Shown: one piece after another, positions 47,613 to 57,835 of the stretch
How positions within the stretch are numbered: the stretch's first letter is position 1
How the letters are laid out: the number at the start of each line of letters is the position of its first letter
Assembly (NCBI GenBank): GCA_001773695.1
Contig: MEXN01000007.1
Span: forward strand, 47,388 to 111,387
Direction: 5' to 3'
Length of the DNA: 64,000 nucleotides
Source of the DNA: Candidatus Amesbacteria bacterium RIFCSPLOWO2_01_FULL_48_25
GTDB lineage: Bacteria > Patescibacteriota > Microgenomatia > CAZETR01 > Amesbacteraceae
The notes under the pieces: generated by a model
Told to the model about the DNA's origin: nothing
The model's database searches: none
What the model saw: only the letters and a program-made list of their open reading frames with translations
Position numbers and translations under genes: made by a program

Positions 47613-48142
47613 ATTTAACCCAGCAATTAATGGGTGAGTTTGGGATAAAAAACCAAATGGCGGTACCCAAAATAACCCGGATAGTTGTGAATATCGGGCT
47701 TAAAGAGGCGGCAAATGATAAGGGGGTCTTGGATAAGGCTTCTGAACAGCTGGGTGTAATTACCGGCCAAAAACCCAAGGTTACCCGAGCCAGAATGTCG
47801 ATTGCTAATTTTAAGCTGCGCCAGGGGGCACCGGTGGGCTTGACCGTGACACTAAGAAATCGGCGGATGAATGACTTTATAACCAGATTGTTTAGAGTCG
47901 CGTTACCCCGAGTGAGAGATTTTCATGGGGTGTCAACAACGGCATTTGATAAAACGGGAAATTATACTTTGGGACTTTCCGAACAGATCGTTTTCCCTGA
48001 GATAGATTATTCAAAAATTGATAAAGTGAGGGGCTTAGAAATTACGTTCGTAATTAAAAACGGCAATGGTACAATCTCGAGGCGGATGCTGGAGTTAATG
48101 GGGATGCCATTTAAGAAAGAGCAGGAGAGCAGGAGAGTATAA
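47609..48142 (+). CDS. rplE: 50S ribosomal protein uL5
   Basis: [21 protein letters not shown]. Confidence 0.98.
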   Translation: MNLTQQLMGEFGIKNQMAVPKITRIVVNIGLKEAANDKGVLDKASEQLGVITGQKPKVTRARMSIANFKLRQGAPVGLTVTLRNRRMNDFITRLFRVALPRVRDFHGVSTTAFDKTGNYTLGLSEQIVFPEIDYSKIDKVRGLEITFVIKNGNGTISRRMLELMGMPFKKEQESRRV

Positions 48143-48144
48143 GT

Positions 48145-48333
48145 ATGGCAAAAACATCAAAGATTGTTAAACAAGAAAAGGGCAGACTCAAATATCCGAC
48201 TCAATACCGGAACCGGTGTCGGATATGCGGTCGGCCGCGGGGGTTTATGCGGATGTTTGGAGTATGCAGGTTGTGCTTTCGAGAATTAGCTAGTCGGGGA
48301 GAGTTACCCGGAGTAAGGAAGGCATCATGGTAA
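48145..48333 (+). CDS. rpsZ: 30S ribosomal protein uS14 type Z
   Basis: [20 protein letters not shown]. Confidence 0.97.
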   Translation: MAKTSKIVKQEKGRLKYPTQYRNRCRICGRPRGFMRMFGVCRLCFRELASRGELPGVRKASW

Positions 48334-48707
48334 ACGACCATTTATCAGATTTGGTGACTAGGGTGCGCAACGGTTATCTGGCCGGGAAACTAGTAGTGGA
48401 GGCGCCACTGACCAAGACTTCGAAAGCGGTATTGGAGGTCTTGGTCAGTGAAGGGTTTTTGGAAAAAGTTGAGGTACAAGATGGGTCACTAATAATTACT
48501 TTGAAATATAAGAAGAAGACCCCGGTGGTGACCGGGATCAGACGGGTAAGCAAACCGGGGAAGCGGGTGTACGGAGGATTTCGGGAGTTGCCGCGGGTGC
48601 TGGGGGGCTTAGGTATAAATATACTGTCAACTCCTGCCGGAATAATATCGGAAAAGAAAGCCAGAAAGTTAAATGTGGGCGGGGAAATTATCGCCCAGGT
48701 ATGGTAG
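48327..48707 (+). CDS. rpsH: 30S ribosomal protein uS8
   Basis: [18 protein letters not shown]. Confidence 0.98.
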   Translation: MVNDHLSDLVTRVRNGYLAGKLVVEAPLTKTSKAVLEVLVSEGFLEKVEVQDGSLIITLKYKKKTPVVTGIRRVSKPGKRVYGGFRELPRVLGGLGINILSTPAGIISEKKARKLNVGGEIIAQVW

Positions 48708-48719
48708 AGGTTAAAAATT

Positions 48720-49265
48720 ATGTCCAAAATTGCTAAAAAAGTAATTCCAGTGCCATCGGGGGTGGCGGTGTCTGTTTCCGACAGGACCGTCAGGGTGGTC
48801 GGACCTAAGGGGGAGTTGACAATGGGACTGCCGGCACAAGTCGAGGTGTTAGTAGAGGGAAATATCATTAATACAACCTATGACGAGGGTGCTAGTCATT
48901 TGGCAGGCCTGACCAGGTCTACGATTGCCAACATGACTTATGGAGTAACGACTGGCTGGAGTAAGGTTTTGGAGCTATCCGGGACCGGGTATAGGGCGGC
49001 GGCTACAAATGAGCAGTTGACATTGAATTTGGGTTTTTCCCATCCGGTAATAATGGTTGCCCCCGGAGGAATCGCTTTTGAAGTTAAAGAAAACAAGATT
49101 ACGGTTTTGGGGGCAGACAAAATCCTGGTAGGAGGGGTGGCGGCCAAAATCAGAAATCTGCGCCCGGCCGACCCATATAAGGCCAAGGGGTTAAAATATG
49201 AGGGTGAAGTTATTGTACGCAAGGCTGGCAAAGCCGCCAAAGCAGCGGCCGGGGCTACCAAATAA
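48720..49265 (+). CDS. rplF: 50S ribosomal protein uL6
   Basis: GPKGEL, LGFSHP, DPYKAKG. Confidence 0.98.
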   Translation: MSKIAKKVIPVPSGVAVSVSDRTVRVVGPKGELTMGLPAQVEVLVEGNIINTTYDEGASHLAGLTRSTIANMTYGVTTGWSKVLELSGTGYRAAATNEQLTLNLGFSHPVIMVAPGGIAFEVKENKITVLGADKILVGGVAAKIRNLRPADPYKAKGLKYEGEVIVRKAGKAAKAAAGATK

Positions 49266-49271
49266 TCCAAA

Positions 49272-49586
49272 ATGATCAAACGCTATAAAAATAAATCCCA
49301 GAGAAGAGCAGTAAGAACCAGGTTTAAAGTCCGGGGAACGGGGAAGTATCGGCTCACGGTGTTTAGGTCCAATAAGTATATCTATGCCCAAGTGGTAGAC
49401 TTAGCACGAGGAGATACTCTGGTCGGAGTGAGTGGAAAAAGTCCTTCTGAAGTGGGAGAAAAAATTGCCAAAAAAGCTCTGAAATCGGGAATTGGCTCAA
49501 TCGCTTTCGACCGGGGCAGTTATCGTTATCACGGCCAGGTAAAACAGCTGGCTGAAGCTGCAAGGGTGGCCGGATTAAAATTTTAA
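49272..49586 (+). CDS. rplR: 50S ribosomal protein uL18
   Basis: RLTVFRSNKYIYAQ, FDRGSYRYHG. Confidence 0.97.
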   Translation: MIKRYKNKSQRRAVRTRFKVRGTGKYRLTVFRSNKYIYAQVVDLARGDTLVGVSGKSPSEVGEKIAKKALKSGIGSIAFDRGSYRYHGQVKQLAEAARVAGLKF

Positions 49587-49592
49587 TTTGAT

Positions 49593-50075
49593 ATGAGACC
49601 CAGCTTTCATCAATCCAGAAACCGTCTACCACAAGAACCGCGCGAGTTCGAGGAGAAAGTGGTGCAGGTTAACCGGGTAAGTAAAAAGACTAAAGGTGGA
49701 AATAGAATCGGATTTTCGGCGCTGGTCGTGGTGGGAAATAAAAAGGGGAAAGTGGGGGTGGGTCTTGGAAAAGCGGCCGATGTAGCTACCGCGGTACGTA
49801 AAGCCAACACTTACGCTGGACGCCACTTGATTGACGTGCCGATGAAAGGGACGACAATCCCTCACGAAGTCCACATAAAATTGGGTGCGGCAAGATTACT
49901 GATAAAACCTGCTCCCGAAGGAAGCGGAGTTATTGCGGGAGGAGCCGTACGAGCTGTGGCAGAAGCGGTGGGGATTAAAGATATAGTGGGCAAAATTTTG
50001 GGGACCAATAACAAGGCCAGCAACGTGTATGCGACGTTTGAAGCCTTTAAGAGGCTGAGATTAATAGAAAAATGA
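49593..50075 (+). CDS. rpsE: 30S ribosomal protein uS5
   Basis: RVSKKTKGG, PAPEGSGVIAGG. Confidence 0.98.
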   Translation: MRPSFHQSRNRLPQEPREFEEKVVQVNRVSKKTKGGNRIGFSALVVVGNKKGKVGVGLGKAADVATAVRKANTYAGRHLIDVPMKGTTIPHEVHIKLGAARLLIKPAPEGSGVIAGGAVRAVAEAVGIKDIVGKILGTNNKASNVYATFEAFKRLRLIEK

Positions 50076-50509
50076 ACCTATCAGATTTACCAAAAATAGT
50101 CGCTAGATCCAAAAAAAGGGTGGGGAGGGGTATTGGATCCGGGAAAGGAGGACATACTGCCGGACGAGGAACAAAGGGACAGAAAGCCAGAGAAAAGATT
50201 GGTTTGACATTTGAAGGAACCAAGGTCAAGAAGTCGTTCGTTAAAAAAACTCCACTTTTACGCGGGAAGGGGAAATTCAGACCCGCTTTGGGGGGTCCAG
50301 TGATCATTAAATTGAAGGACTTGGCCGATTGGCCGGTAAAGACTGAGGTGACTGTGGAAAATCTAATTAAAAGGGGCCTGGTAAAATACGGGCCGGTCAA
50401 AATTTTAGGCGACGGGGAAATTAAAACAGCATTGGTTGTGAAAGTGGCGACTTCTAAACAAGCGGCAGAGAAGATAACTAAGGCAGGTGGTAAGATGGTT
50501 GAGCCATGA
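50072..50509 (+). CDS. rplO: 50S ribosomal protein uL15 (overlaps rpsE; no rpmD between)
   Basis: [25 protein letters not shown]. Confidence 0.98.
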   Translation: MNLSDLPKIVARSKKRVGRGIGSGKGGHTAGRGTKGQKAREKIGLTFEGTKVKKSFVKKTPLLRGKGKFRPALGGPVIIKLKDLADWPVKTEVTVENLIKRGLVKYGPVKILGDGEIKTALVVKVATSKQAAEKITKAGGKMVEP

Positions 50510-51795
50510 ACAAGGTTTTTTCTTTTTGGCGACAGGTGTGGTCTTCTCCTGATTTGCGAAAAAAAATCCTATTTACTGGAGGCATTTTACTGGTATATCG
50601 ATTGTTGGCTCACATTCCGGTGTCGGGGATCGACAGGACTGCTTTAAGACAACTATTTAGCGGTAACCAGCTGTTGGGTCTACTGGACATCTTCTCGGGC
50701 GGAACTCTGGCCAATTTTAGCGTAGCGGCACTGGGGTTGGGCCCGTATATCAACGCGTCGATTATTATCCAATTGTTATCAGTCGTTTACCCTAAACTGG
50801 AAGAATTGCAGAAAGAGGGGGAGTATGGCCGAGAACTGGTAAACCAATACACCAGGCTTTTGACTGTGCCGATTGCCATTTTACAGGGGGTGGGGATGTT
50901 CTTTTTGCTTCGCAACCAAAAAGTCATCGGAAGTGTTTCTCCGTTGGAGATGGTGGGGCTTTTGATTACCATTGCCGCGGGAACAATGTTGACCGTTTGG
51001 CTGGGAGAACTGATAACCGAGTATGGAGTGGGAAATGGAATTTCCCTTCTGATTTTTGCCGGAATTGCCGGCCGATTGCCGGTGATATTGACCCAGACGG
51101 CGGTAACATTGGAGACTATCAACGTGGCCAATTTGCTGGTGTTTGGGGCCCTGAGCCTGGCTGTTGTCGCGGCAGTAGTATTTATGAATGAAGCCTCGCG
51201 AAATGTGACGGTCCAGTATGCAAAGCGAATCCGGTCGGGCAAGGAGTACGGTGGGCAGACTACCCATCTCCCCCTACGGGTAAACCAGGCGGGGGTTATC
51301 CCGATAATTTTTGCCGTATCTTTAGTGTTATTGCCATCGATGGTGGGAGGTTTTTTGGAGCAAGTACCAAATCCGGCCATATCCGGAGCAGCCAGGTCCG
51401 TGGTGCAAATTATGAATCCCGCGGGGTGGGCGTACAGTATCGTGTATTTTGCCCTAGTAATCGGCTTTACTTATTTTTATACGGCGGTGGTGTTTAACCC
51501 GGAGAAAATTTCCGAGGACCTGAAAAAATACGGCGGATTTGTTCCGGGGATCAGGCCGGGGGTAGCGACTACGGCGTATTTGAACGGGATTTTGAACCGG
51601 ATCACTCTCGCTGGGGCGGTATTTTTGGGCCTGATTGCCGTGCTGCCAAATATTATGCAGGCGATATTTAAAATTCCGACATTGTCAATCGGCGGGACGG
51701 GGATTCTGATCGTAGTATCGGTGGTACTTGAAACCACCAAGTCGCTACAATCGCAGCTGTTGGTGCGTAGTTATGATAGCCTGGGAAAACTATAG
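50506..51795 (+). CDS. secY: Preprotein translocase SecY
   Basis: [32 protein letters not shown]. Confidence 0.99.
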   Translation: MNKVFSFWRQVWSSPDLRKKILFTGGILLVYRLLAHIPVSGIDRTALRQLFSGNQLLGLLDIFSGGTLANFSVAALGLGPYINASIIIQLLSVVYPKLEELQKEGEYGRELVNQYTRLLTVPIAILQGVGMFFLLRNQKVIGSVSPLEMVGLLITIAAGTMLTVWLGELITEYGVGNGISLLIFAGIAGRLPVILTQTAVTLETINVANLLVFGALSLAVVAAVVFMNEASRNVTVQYAKRIRSGKEYGGQTTHLPLRVNQAGVIPIIFAVSLVLLPSMVGGFLEQVPNPAISGAARSVVQIMNPAGWAYSIVYFALVIGFTYFYTAVVFNPEKISEDLKKYGGFVPGIRPGVATTAYLNGILNRITLAGAVFLGLIAVLPNIMQAIFKIPTLSIGGTGILIVVSVVLETTKSLQSQLLVRSYDSLGKL

Positions 51796-51798
51796 ATT

Positions 51799-52476
51799 AT
51801 GAACCTGGTTTTGCTGGGACCACAGGGGAGCGGAAAAGGGACGCAAGCTGAGTTACTGTCTCACAATTTGGGCTTGGCATATTTGGAGATGGGCCGGGTA
51901 CTGCGAAGTGTAGCAAATTCGGACAATAAATATGCCGAGGTCGTGAAGAATACTTTGGACCGGGGTGAGTTGGTCCCCGATGAATATGTGAGGTTGATTG
52001 CCTGGGATTTTATTAACAAACACCAAGGTGGGGTGACGGGGTTTATTTTTGACGGATATCCCAGATCGCTGGCCCAATACGAGCACCTGGAAGACATGCT
52101 GCGCAAATTTGGAAAAAAAATAGACAGAGTCATCTTTTTGAAACTGTCGGAGGAGGAGACGATACGCCGCTTGTCTGCCAGAAGAATTTGTGAGAAGTGC
52201 GGGGAAATTTATAACTTGTTGACAAACCCCCCTCTAAATATGGATGTTTGCGATAAATGTGGTGGCAATCTAGTTTTTCGGGAGGATGATAAACCGGACT
52301 CAATAAAGAGACGGTTGCAGATATTTGGGGAGAGGACCAAGCCGGTTTGGGAAAAAGCCAAGAGTGAGGGCGTGGCTCTGGAAATAAATGGCGAGCAGCC
52401 TATAAAAGCCGTTCACGAAGAGATTGTGAACAAATTAACCCTTCGGCTGCGCTCGGGGCAAGCCCCCGATAACTAA
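51799..52476 (+). CDS. adk: Adenylate kinase (Zn-LID)
   Basis: GPQGSGKGTQA, DGYPR, CEKC..CDKC. Confidence 0.97.
   Translation: MNLVLLGPQGSGKGTQAELLSHNLGLAYLEMGRVLRSVANSDNKYAEVVKNTLDRGELVPDEYVRLIAWDFINKHQGGVTGFIFDGYPRSLAQYEHLEDMLRKFGKKIDRVIFLKLSEEETIRRLSARRICEKCGEIYNLLTNPPLNMDVCDKCGGNLVFREDDKPDSIKRRLQIFGERTKPVWEKAKSEGVALEINGEQPIKAVHEEIVNKLTLRLRSGQAPDN
52439..52461. repeat. REP-like element, family 1, in-frame at adk C-terminus
   Basis: CCCTTCGGCTGCGCTCGGGGCAA, encoding LRLRSGQ. Confidence 0.75.
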
Positions 52477-53244
52477 ATGGATAGATTCACGATAAAAATG
52501 GCTGAGGAAGTTAAAATTATGGCCCAGGGGGGGAAAATTCTGGCGGGGATTAGAGATAGGATCGCGGGGGCGGCAAAGCCGGGAATGACGACGGTCCAAC
52601 TGGATAAACTGGCAGAAGATTCAATCGTGAAAGCCGGGGGTAAGGCTTCTTTTAAAATGGTGCCAGGGTATCACCACGCGACCTGTATCAATGTTAATGA
52701 TGTGGTAGTACATGGAGTGCCGGGATCTTACAAGATTAAAGTCGGGGACAAAGTGGGAATTGACGTAGGACTTTTTTATAGGGGGTTTCACACAGATACG
52801 AGTACCACCGTCGTGGCGACAAATGAAGCTACAAATCCCAATACTATAAAATTTCTGGAGGTGGGAAAAAAGGCGCTATTGGAAGCGATACTCCAGGCTA
52901 GGCCGGGGAAAAGAATTGCCGATATATCAAGAGCCATGCAGGAGACGGTGGAGGGAGCGGGGTATTCGGCGGTACGGGCTCTGACCGGGCATGGAATAGG
53001 CCGGCACTTACACGAAGAACCGGCGATCCCCTGCTTTGTAATGGGCAAATATAACCACTCGCCCAAGATTGTGCCGGGAATGGTGCTGGCTATCGAAGTG
53101 ATGTATAACGAGGGCACGTTCGAGGTGGTATACAAAAATGGGGACGGTTGGACAATAGGCACGGCTGATGGTAAAATGTCTGGGCTATTTGAGGAGACTG
53201 TGGCCGTTACCCGAGCGGGGCCGGTAATCTTAACTCGCACTTGA
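52477..53244 (+). CDS. map: Methionine aminopeptidase type I
   Basis: VNDVVVHGVP, GHGIGRHLHEEP, AIEVM. Confidence 0.97.
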   Translation: MDRFTIKMAEEVKIMAQGGKILAGIRDRIAGAAKPGMTTVQLDKLAEDSIVKAGGKASFKMVPGYHHATCINVNDVVVHGVPGSYKIKVGDKVGIDVGLFYRGFHTDTSTTVVATNEATNPNTIKFLEVGKKALLEAILQARPGKRIADISRAMQETVEGAGYSAVRALTGHGIGRHLHEEPAIPCFVMGKYNHSPKIVPGMVLAIEVMYNEGTFEVVYKNGDGWTIGTADGKMSGLFEETVAVTRAGPVILTRT

Positions 53245-53462
53245 TGAATAATTCCCAAGTCACATTTGTCGAGGGAGTAGTGGCCGAAAATTTGCCAAAC
53301 GCCCTATTCAGGATAAAAACTGATGATGAACGAATGATATTGTGCCGTTTGTCGGGGAAGATGAGGACAAATTACATCAGATTGCTGCCCGGGGACAGGG
53401 TGAGGTGCGAGACACCAATACAGGACCCCAACCGGGGGAGGATAATCTTCAAATTTAGATGA
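53244..53462 (+). CDS. infA: Translation initiation factor IF-1
   Basis: ENLPNALF, SGKMRTNYIRLLPGDRV. Confidence 0.96.
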   Translation: MNNSQVTFVEGVVAENLPNALFRIKTDDERMILCRLSGKMRTNYIRLLPGDRVRCETPIQDPNRGRIIFKFR

Positions 53463-53474
53463 CCAATTAACTAT

Positions 53475-53588
53475 ATGAAAGTGCAAGCTTCCATCAAAAT
53501 TCGATGCCGGAATTGCCGGATAGTTCGGCGCAAGGGAAATCTGTTTGTTATTTGCACCAATCCCAAGCACAAACAAAGACAAGGATAA
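53475..53588 (+). CDS. rpmJ: 50S ribosomal protein bL36
   Basis: Below track cutoff: [37 protein letters not shown]. Confidence 0.98.
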   Translation: MKVQASIKIRCRNCRIVRRKGNLFVICTNPKHKQRQG

Positions 53589-53594
53589 GAGACA

Positions 53595-54020
53595 ATGCCG
53601 AGAATTGCTGGAGTAGATATCCCCGAGAAAAAAAGAGTAGACGTCGCTTTGACGTATATTTACGGCATTGGCAGGACGAATGTAAAACCGATTTTAGAGA
53701 GAGCGCAAGTGAATCCGGCCAAACGAACGGCCGAGTTGACGTCTGAAGAATTATCCCGTTTGCAAAAATTGGTGGACGCTTTGAAAGTGGAGGGAGACTT
53801 ACGAAAAGAGATAGGGCAAAATATTACTAGACTTAAAGAGACTGGGAGTTACAGAGGAATCCGGCACAGCAAGGGCTTGCCGGTCAGAGGACAGCGGACA
53901 CGGACAAATGCCCGAACCAAAAGAGGGAAGAGAGTGACTATTGGAGCTTTGAAGAAGGAGGCCTTGGGCAAGGTAGAAGCGGCCAAGGCGGAAAAAGAAA
54001 AGAAGGAGGCGGCCAAATAA
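53595..54020 (+). CDS. rpsM: 30S ribosomal protein uS13
   Basis: [25 protein letters not shown]. Confidence 0.99.
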   Translation: MPRIAGVDIPEKKRVDVALTYIYGIGRTNVKPILERAQVNPAKRTAELTSEELSRLQKLVDALKVEGDLRKEIGQNITRLKETGSYRGIRHSKGLPVRGQRTRTNARTKRGKRVTIGALKKEALGKVEAAKAEKEKKEAAK

Positions 54021-54021
54021 A

Positions 54022-54363
54022 ATGAAGGGCAAAGTATTTATCACGGCAACTTTTAATAATACTTTGGTGACTATCACGGATATGTCTGGGAATACCGTAG
54101 CTTGGGGGTCGGCTGGAGCGGCGGGATTTAAGGGAGCCAGGAGAGCCACGCCGTTTGCGGCTACAACTGCCGTCGAGGTGGCGGCTAGAAAAGCCATGGG
54201 GGCCGGGATTAAAGAAGTGGAAGTATACCTAAAAGGCCCCGGGTCTGGGCGGGATGCGGCACTGCGCGCTTTAAAAGCGGTGGGGATGAAGATGAGCTTG
54301 ATTGCGGATGTGACTCCCCTGCCCCATAACGGGCCCAGGCCGGAAAAAAGAAGGAGGGTTTAG
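54022..54363 (+). CDS. rpsK: 30S ribosomal protein uS11 (lacks basic N-tail)
   Basis: [26 protein letters not shown]. Confidence 0.98.
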   Translation: MKGKVFITATFNNTLVTITDMSGNTVAWGSAGAAGFKGARRATPFAATTAVEVAARKAMGAGIKEVEVYLKGPGSGRDAALRALKAVGMKMSLIADVTPLPHNGPRPEKRRRV

Positions 54364-54381
54364 TTCATTGTTACTTAGTTC

Positions 54382-55233
54382 ATGGTTCATAGCATTTTGA
54401 TTCCGGAAGAGTGGAGAGACTATGAGTTGGTGGATACAGGGGACGGAATGAAACTGGAGAGGTGGGGGCAGTATATGATGGCCAGGCCGGACCCGAGGAT
54501 TATTTGGAGTAAAGGTGATCCTGAATTGTGGAAAAAAGCAGATGCAGTATTTGAAGGCGAAAATTGGAAATTCAGAAACGAGCCGCCTCAGGATTGGGTT
54601 GTTAGTTGGGAACGTTTGCGTTTTATGCTGCGTCCGACTGACTTTAAGCATACGGGGGTTTTCCCGGAACAAGCGGTCAATTGGCAATGGCTGCAACAGA
54701 AAAAAGCTACAAGGGTTTTAAATTTGTTTGCATATACCGGGGGGGCGACGATGGCTGCGGCACTGGCTGGGGCACACGTGACCCATGTGGATAGTTCGAA
54801 ACCGGCGATGATGTGGGCGGGGGAAAACGCCAGATTGTCGAGAATTTCTAAAGATAAAATCCGGTGGATCCAAGAAGACGCTTTGAAATTTGTAAGCCGA
54901 GAAATCAGGCGAGGAGTGAAATATGACGGGATAATTATGGACCCGCCGAGATTTGGAAGAGGGCCGTCCGGAGAAGTGTGGAAATTGGAAGAAAAATTAC
55001 CAGAATTGGTTAGGGCGGCTCACGAAATACTGTCCCCTACCCCGCAATTCTTCTTAATCAACGCCTATACGGCGGATTTATCTAGCATCGCTTTGGGGAA
55101 CTTACTTTCGGATGTGATGGGGAAAGAAGTGGAGAGCGGAGAGTTGGGGTTGAAAGAAAGCTCTAAAGGGCGAGTCTTGCCCGCTGGAATTTTCGCCAGG
55201 TGGAAAAGCCTAACGCAAAAGATACCAAATTAG
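54382..55233 (+). CDS. Class I SAM-dependent methyltransferase (RlmI/RlmK-related)
   Basis: KHTGVFPEQ, VLNLFAYTGG, IMDPPRFG. Confidence 0.9.
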   Translation: MVHSILIPEEWRDYELVDTGDGMKLERWGQYMMARPDPRIIWSKGDPELWKKADAVFEGENWKFRNEPPQDWVVSWERLRFMLRPTDFKHTGVFPEQAVNWQWLQQKKATRVLNLFAYTGGATMAAALAGAHVTHVDSSKPAMMWAGENARLSRISKDKIRWIQEDALKFVSREIRRGVKYDGIIMDPPRFGRGPSGEVWKLEEKLPELVRAAHEILSPTPQFFLINAYTADLSSIALGNLLSDVMGKEVESGELGLKESSKGRVLPAGIFARWKSLTQKIPN

Positions 55234-55365
55234 CCCCAAACAGACCGTGGAAAAAACAGCCAGGGTTCCTATTCTGTCGGCTTTTCCCCAGTCAATTGGT
55301 TTCCTACCGGCAGTTCTTTTTATTATTTCTTCTTGGATGTCGGGACGGATAGGGATAATCTCTAT
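55210..55365 (-). pseudogene. 51-codon tail-anchored microprotein ORF starting at ATA
   Basis: (I/M)EIIPIRPDIQEEIIKRTAGRKPIDWGKADRIGTLAVFSTVCLGLIWYLLR; begins 4 nt after the stop of the duplicated dnaK end. Confidence 0.55.
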
Positions 55366-55369
55366 AACT

Positions 55370-55389
55370 TTAGTTTACCACTTCGCCTT
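55370..55389 (-). repeat. Direct-repeat copy of the dnaK 3' end (55545-55564)
   Basis: 19/20 identical; the mismatch is a synonymous AAC/AAT; encodes GEVVN*. Confidence 0.9.
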
Positions 55390-55542
55390 TTGAAAAAGCT
55401 GAATCCAGAGTGGAGAGGTGAGCATTGCAATGACTCCAAGAAATGCAGCTCCCAAAATTGCTGCTTCAGCTATATTATCTCGCAACGAAAACTCTCTTAC
55501 ATTTTTAAACACTTGCTTCCAGAAATCTTTTTCGGCGCCCAT
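55375..55542 (-). CDS. 55-aa tail-anchored microprotein
   Basis: Not in track: MGAEKDFWKQVFKNVREFSLRDNIAEAAILGAAFLGVIAMLTSPLWIQLFQKAKW; ATG 2 nt after dnaK stop. Confidence 0.7.
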   Translation of the reverse strand: MGAEKDFWKQVFKNVREFSLRDNIAEAAILGAAFLGVIAMLTSPLWIQLFQKAKW

Positions 55543-55544
55543 GA

Positions 55545-57413
55545 TTAATTTACCACTTCGCCTTCTTCGGGTTTCTTGGTGTCGGTTTTTTCTTCAGTGG
55601 GAGGCGTTTGGGTTTGGTCTTGCTGTTGGTACATGCTGGAACCTAGGGCTTGGAGGGAGTCCATGAGGTCTTTGGATTTGGCTTCCAAGTCTTCTTTGGT
55701 ACCGGTTTCTAAGATATCTTTTAAGGCTTTAATTTTTTCTTGAACTGGGTTTTTTAGATTTTCGGGTGATTTATCTGCATCTTTGAGGGTTTTTTCGGCG
55801 GTGAAGATTAAACCATCAGCCTGATTTCTGGCCTCTATTTTGGCTTTTTTTTCAATATCCTCTGATGCGTGCACTTCAGCTTCCTGGCGCATGCGCTCTA
55901 CTTCTTTTTCGTCCAAATTGGTGGAGTTGGTAATGGTAATGTGTTGAATTTTATTGGTAGCTTTGTCTTTGGCGGAAACTTTTAAAATACCGGATGCATC
56001 GATATCGAAAGTAACTTCGATTTGGGGGATACCGCGGGGGGCGGGAGGAATGCCGTCAAGGATAAAGCGGCCAAGGGTCTTGTTGTCCGTGGCCATAGGC
56101 CGCTCGCCCTGGAGGACATGGATTTCGACAGATGTTTGGGTGTCAGCTGCGGTCGAAAAAACCTGGGACTTGGAAGTGGGGATGGTGGTGTTTCTCTCGA
56201 TGAGGGAAGTCATTACGCTACCTAGGGTTTCAAGGCCCAGGGTAAGCGGAGTAACGTCCAGCAAGACTACGTCTTTGACGTCTCCGGTTAATACCCCGCC
56301 CTGAATGGCGGCGCCGACGGCCACTACTTCGTCCGGATTAACGGAGCGGTTGGGCTCTTTGCCAAAGAAGGATTTGACGACCTCGATAACTTTTGGCATC
56401 CGGGTCATGCCGCCAACCAAAACTACTTCATCTATTTCTTTGATGTCTTTTTTGGCGTCTTTGAGGCAGGCCTTGACAGGAGTTATCGTCTTTTGAATGA
56501 GTTCATCGACAATCGTTTCGAGCTTGGACCTTGTAAGCTTGAGTGTGAGATGTAAGGGGTTGCCGTCTTTTTGGGTAATGTACGGCTGGTTGATTTCCAC
56601 TTCGACTGAAGAAGAGAGTTCTATTTTGGCTTTTTCGGCGGCATCCCGAATGCGCTGGAGGGCATGGGAATCTTTTTTGAGATCTACTCCATGCTCGCTT
56701 TTAAACTCACCCACGATCCAGTCCATGATTTTTTGGTCGAAGTCGTCACCTCCCAAATGGGTGTCACCATTGGTGGCTTTGACTTCAAATACACCATCGC
56801 CCAGCTCTAAGATAGAAATATCAAAAGTACCACCACCCAAATCATAGACCGCCACGGTGTGGGAATTTTTCTTGTCCAGGCCGTAGGCCAGAGCTGCAGC
56901 CGTAGGTTCGTTTATTATTCGTTCAACTTTGAGACCGGCAATTTCCCCAGCTTGCTTGGTGGCCTGGCGTTGGGAATCGTCAAAATAAGCCGGGACGGTG
57001 ATGACAGCCCGGTCTACAGAACCTCCCAAATAGGCTTCGGCGTGGGCTTTCATGGTTTGTAAAACTTTGGCGGAAATTTCCTGGGGGGTATAGACCTTGC
57101 CATCGACTTCGACGCAGGCCATGTTGTCTTTTCCGGAAACTATTTTGTAAGGCACCATATCCATGGTGCGTTTGACTTCGCTGTCTGTGAATTTGCGGCC
57201 CATTAGTCGTTTGATGGAATAAATGGTGTTTTTGGGATTTAGGATCATTTGGCGCTTGGCTACATCGCCAACCAGATTCTTGACGGGTTCTACAATCGAA
57301 GGAGTGACATTTCTGCCGGTATCGGCCGCAGTAATAACCTTGGGAGAGCCGCCTTCCATGACGGCCACACAAGAGTTGGTAGTACCTAAATCAATGCCGA
57401 TTATTTTGCTCAT
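55545..57413 (-). CDS. dnaK: Chaperone DnaK
   Basis: [36 protein letters not shown]. Confidence 0.99.
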   Translation of the reverse strand: MSKIIGIDLGTTNSCVAVMEGGSPKVITAADTGRNVTPSIVEPVKNLVGDVAKRQMILNPKNTIYSIKRLMGRKFTDSEVKRTMDMVPYKIVSGKDNMACVEVDGKVYTPQEISAKVLQTMKAHAEAYLGGSVDRAVITVPAYFDDSQRQATKQAGEIAGLKVERIINEPTAAALAYGLDKKNSHTVAVYDLGGGTFDISILELGDGVFEVKATNGDTHLGGDDFDQKIMDWIVGEFKSEHGVDLKKDSHALQRIRDAAEKAKIELSSSVEVEINQPYITQKDGNPLHLTLKLTRSKLETIVDELIQKTITPVKACLKDAKKDIKEIDEVVLVGGMTRMPKVIEVVKSFFGKEPNRSVNPDEVVAVGAAIQGGVLTGDVKDVVLLDVTPLTLGLETLGSVMTSLIERNTTIPTSKSQVFSTAADTQTSVEIHVLQGERPMATDNKTLGRFILDGIPPAPRGIPQIEVTFDIDASGILKVSAKDKATNKIQHITITNSTNLDEKEVERMRQEAEVHASEDIEKKAKIEARNQADGLIFTAEKTLKDADKSPENLKNPVQEKIKALKDILETGTKEDLEAKSKDLMDSLQALGSSMYQQQDQTQTPPTEEKTDTKKPEEGEVVN

Positions 57414-57832
57414 ATTTTTTTATAGACTTTCACCTTCGCTGGTCTTATAACTAAGCCATCAATTTTATAACCCTTTGCGACTAATTCTACAACAGAATTA
57501 TCTGGTTCGCCGAGTATGGTCTCGATGCATTCGTGGATGGTGTGATCAAACGGCTCCCCAGGAGCTGTGATGATGGATTGGAGACTTTCGGAGGACAAAA
57601 CATCCTGAAATTGTTTGACGGCCATTTGAATACCGGGATCGGAAGAATGGGCGGCGGCCAACTCCAAGACGTCTAAGGTGGGAATAAGTTTGGTAACGAT
57701 ATTGGCCGCCGCGAACTTGACGAATTCTTTTTTATCGGCCTCGACCCTTTTACTTAGGTTTTGATAATCAGCCAAAGCTCGCTTCCAATTCTCATTGAGA
57801 GTTTTTATTTCATCGGTTTTTTTGGTTTTCAT
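57410..57832 (-). CDS. grpE: Nucleotide exchange factor GrpE
   Basis: [32 protein letters not shown]. Confidence 0.96.
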   Translation of the reverse strand: MKTKKTDEIKTLNENWKRALADYQNLSKRVEADKKEFVKFAAANIVTKLIPTLDVLELAAAHSSDPGIQMAVKQFQDVLSSESLQSIITAPGEPFDHTIHECIETILGEPDNSVVELVAKGYKIDGLVIRPAKVKVYKKI

Positions 57833-57835
57833 AAT

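Noticed and set aside
34755..52846. Other short periodic tracts (9-nt between nusA and infB, 8-nt GCAGGAGA at rplE end, 12-nt in map)
   Set aside because: Only about two or degenerate units each; cannot be separated from chance slippage by eye
55210..55542. Stop-codon read-through joining the two microprotein ORFs (same frame across TAA 55375-55377)
   Set aside because: TAA is used as a normal stop throughout the window; the duplicated dnaK end explains the junction better
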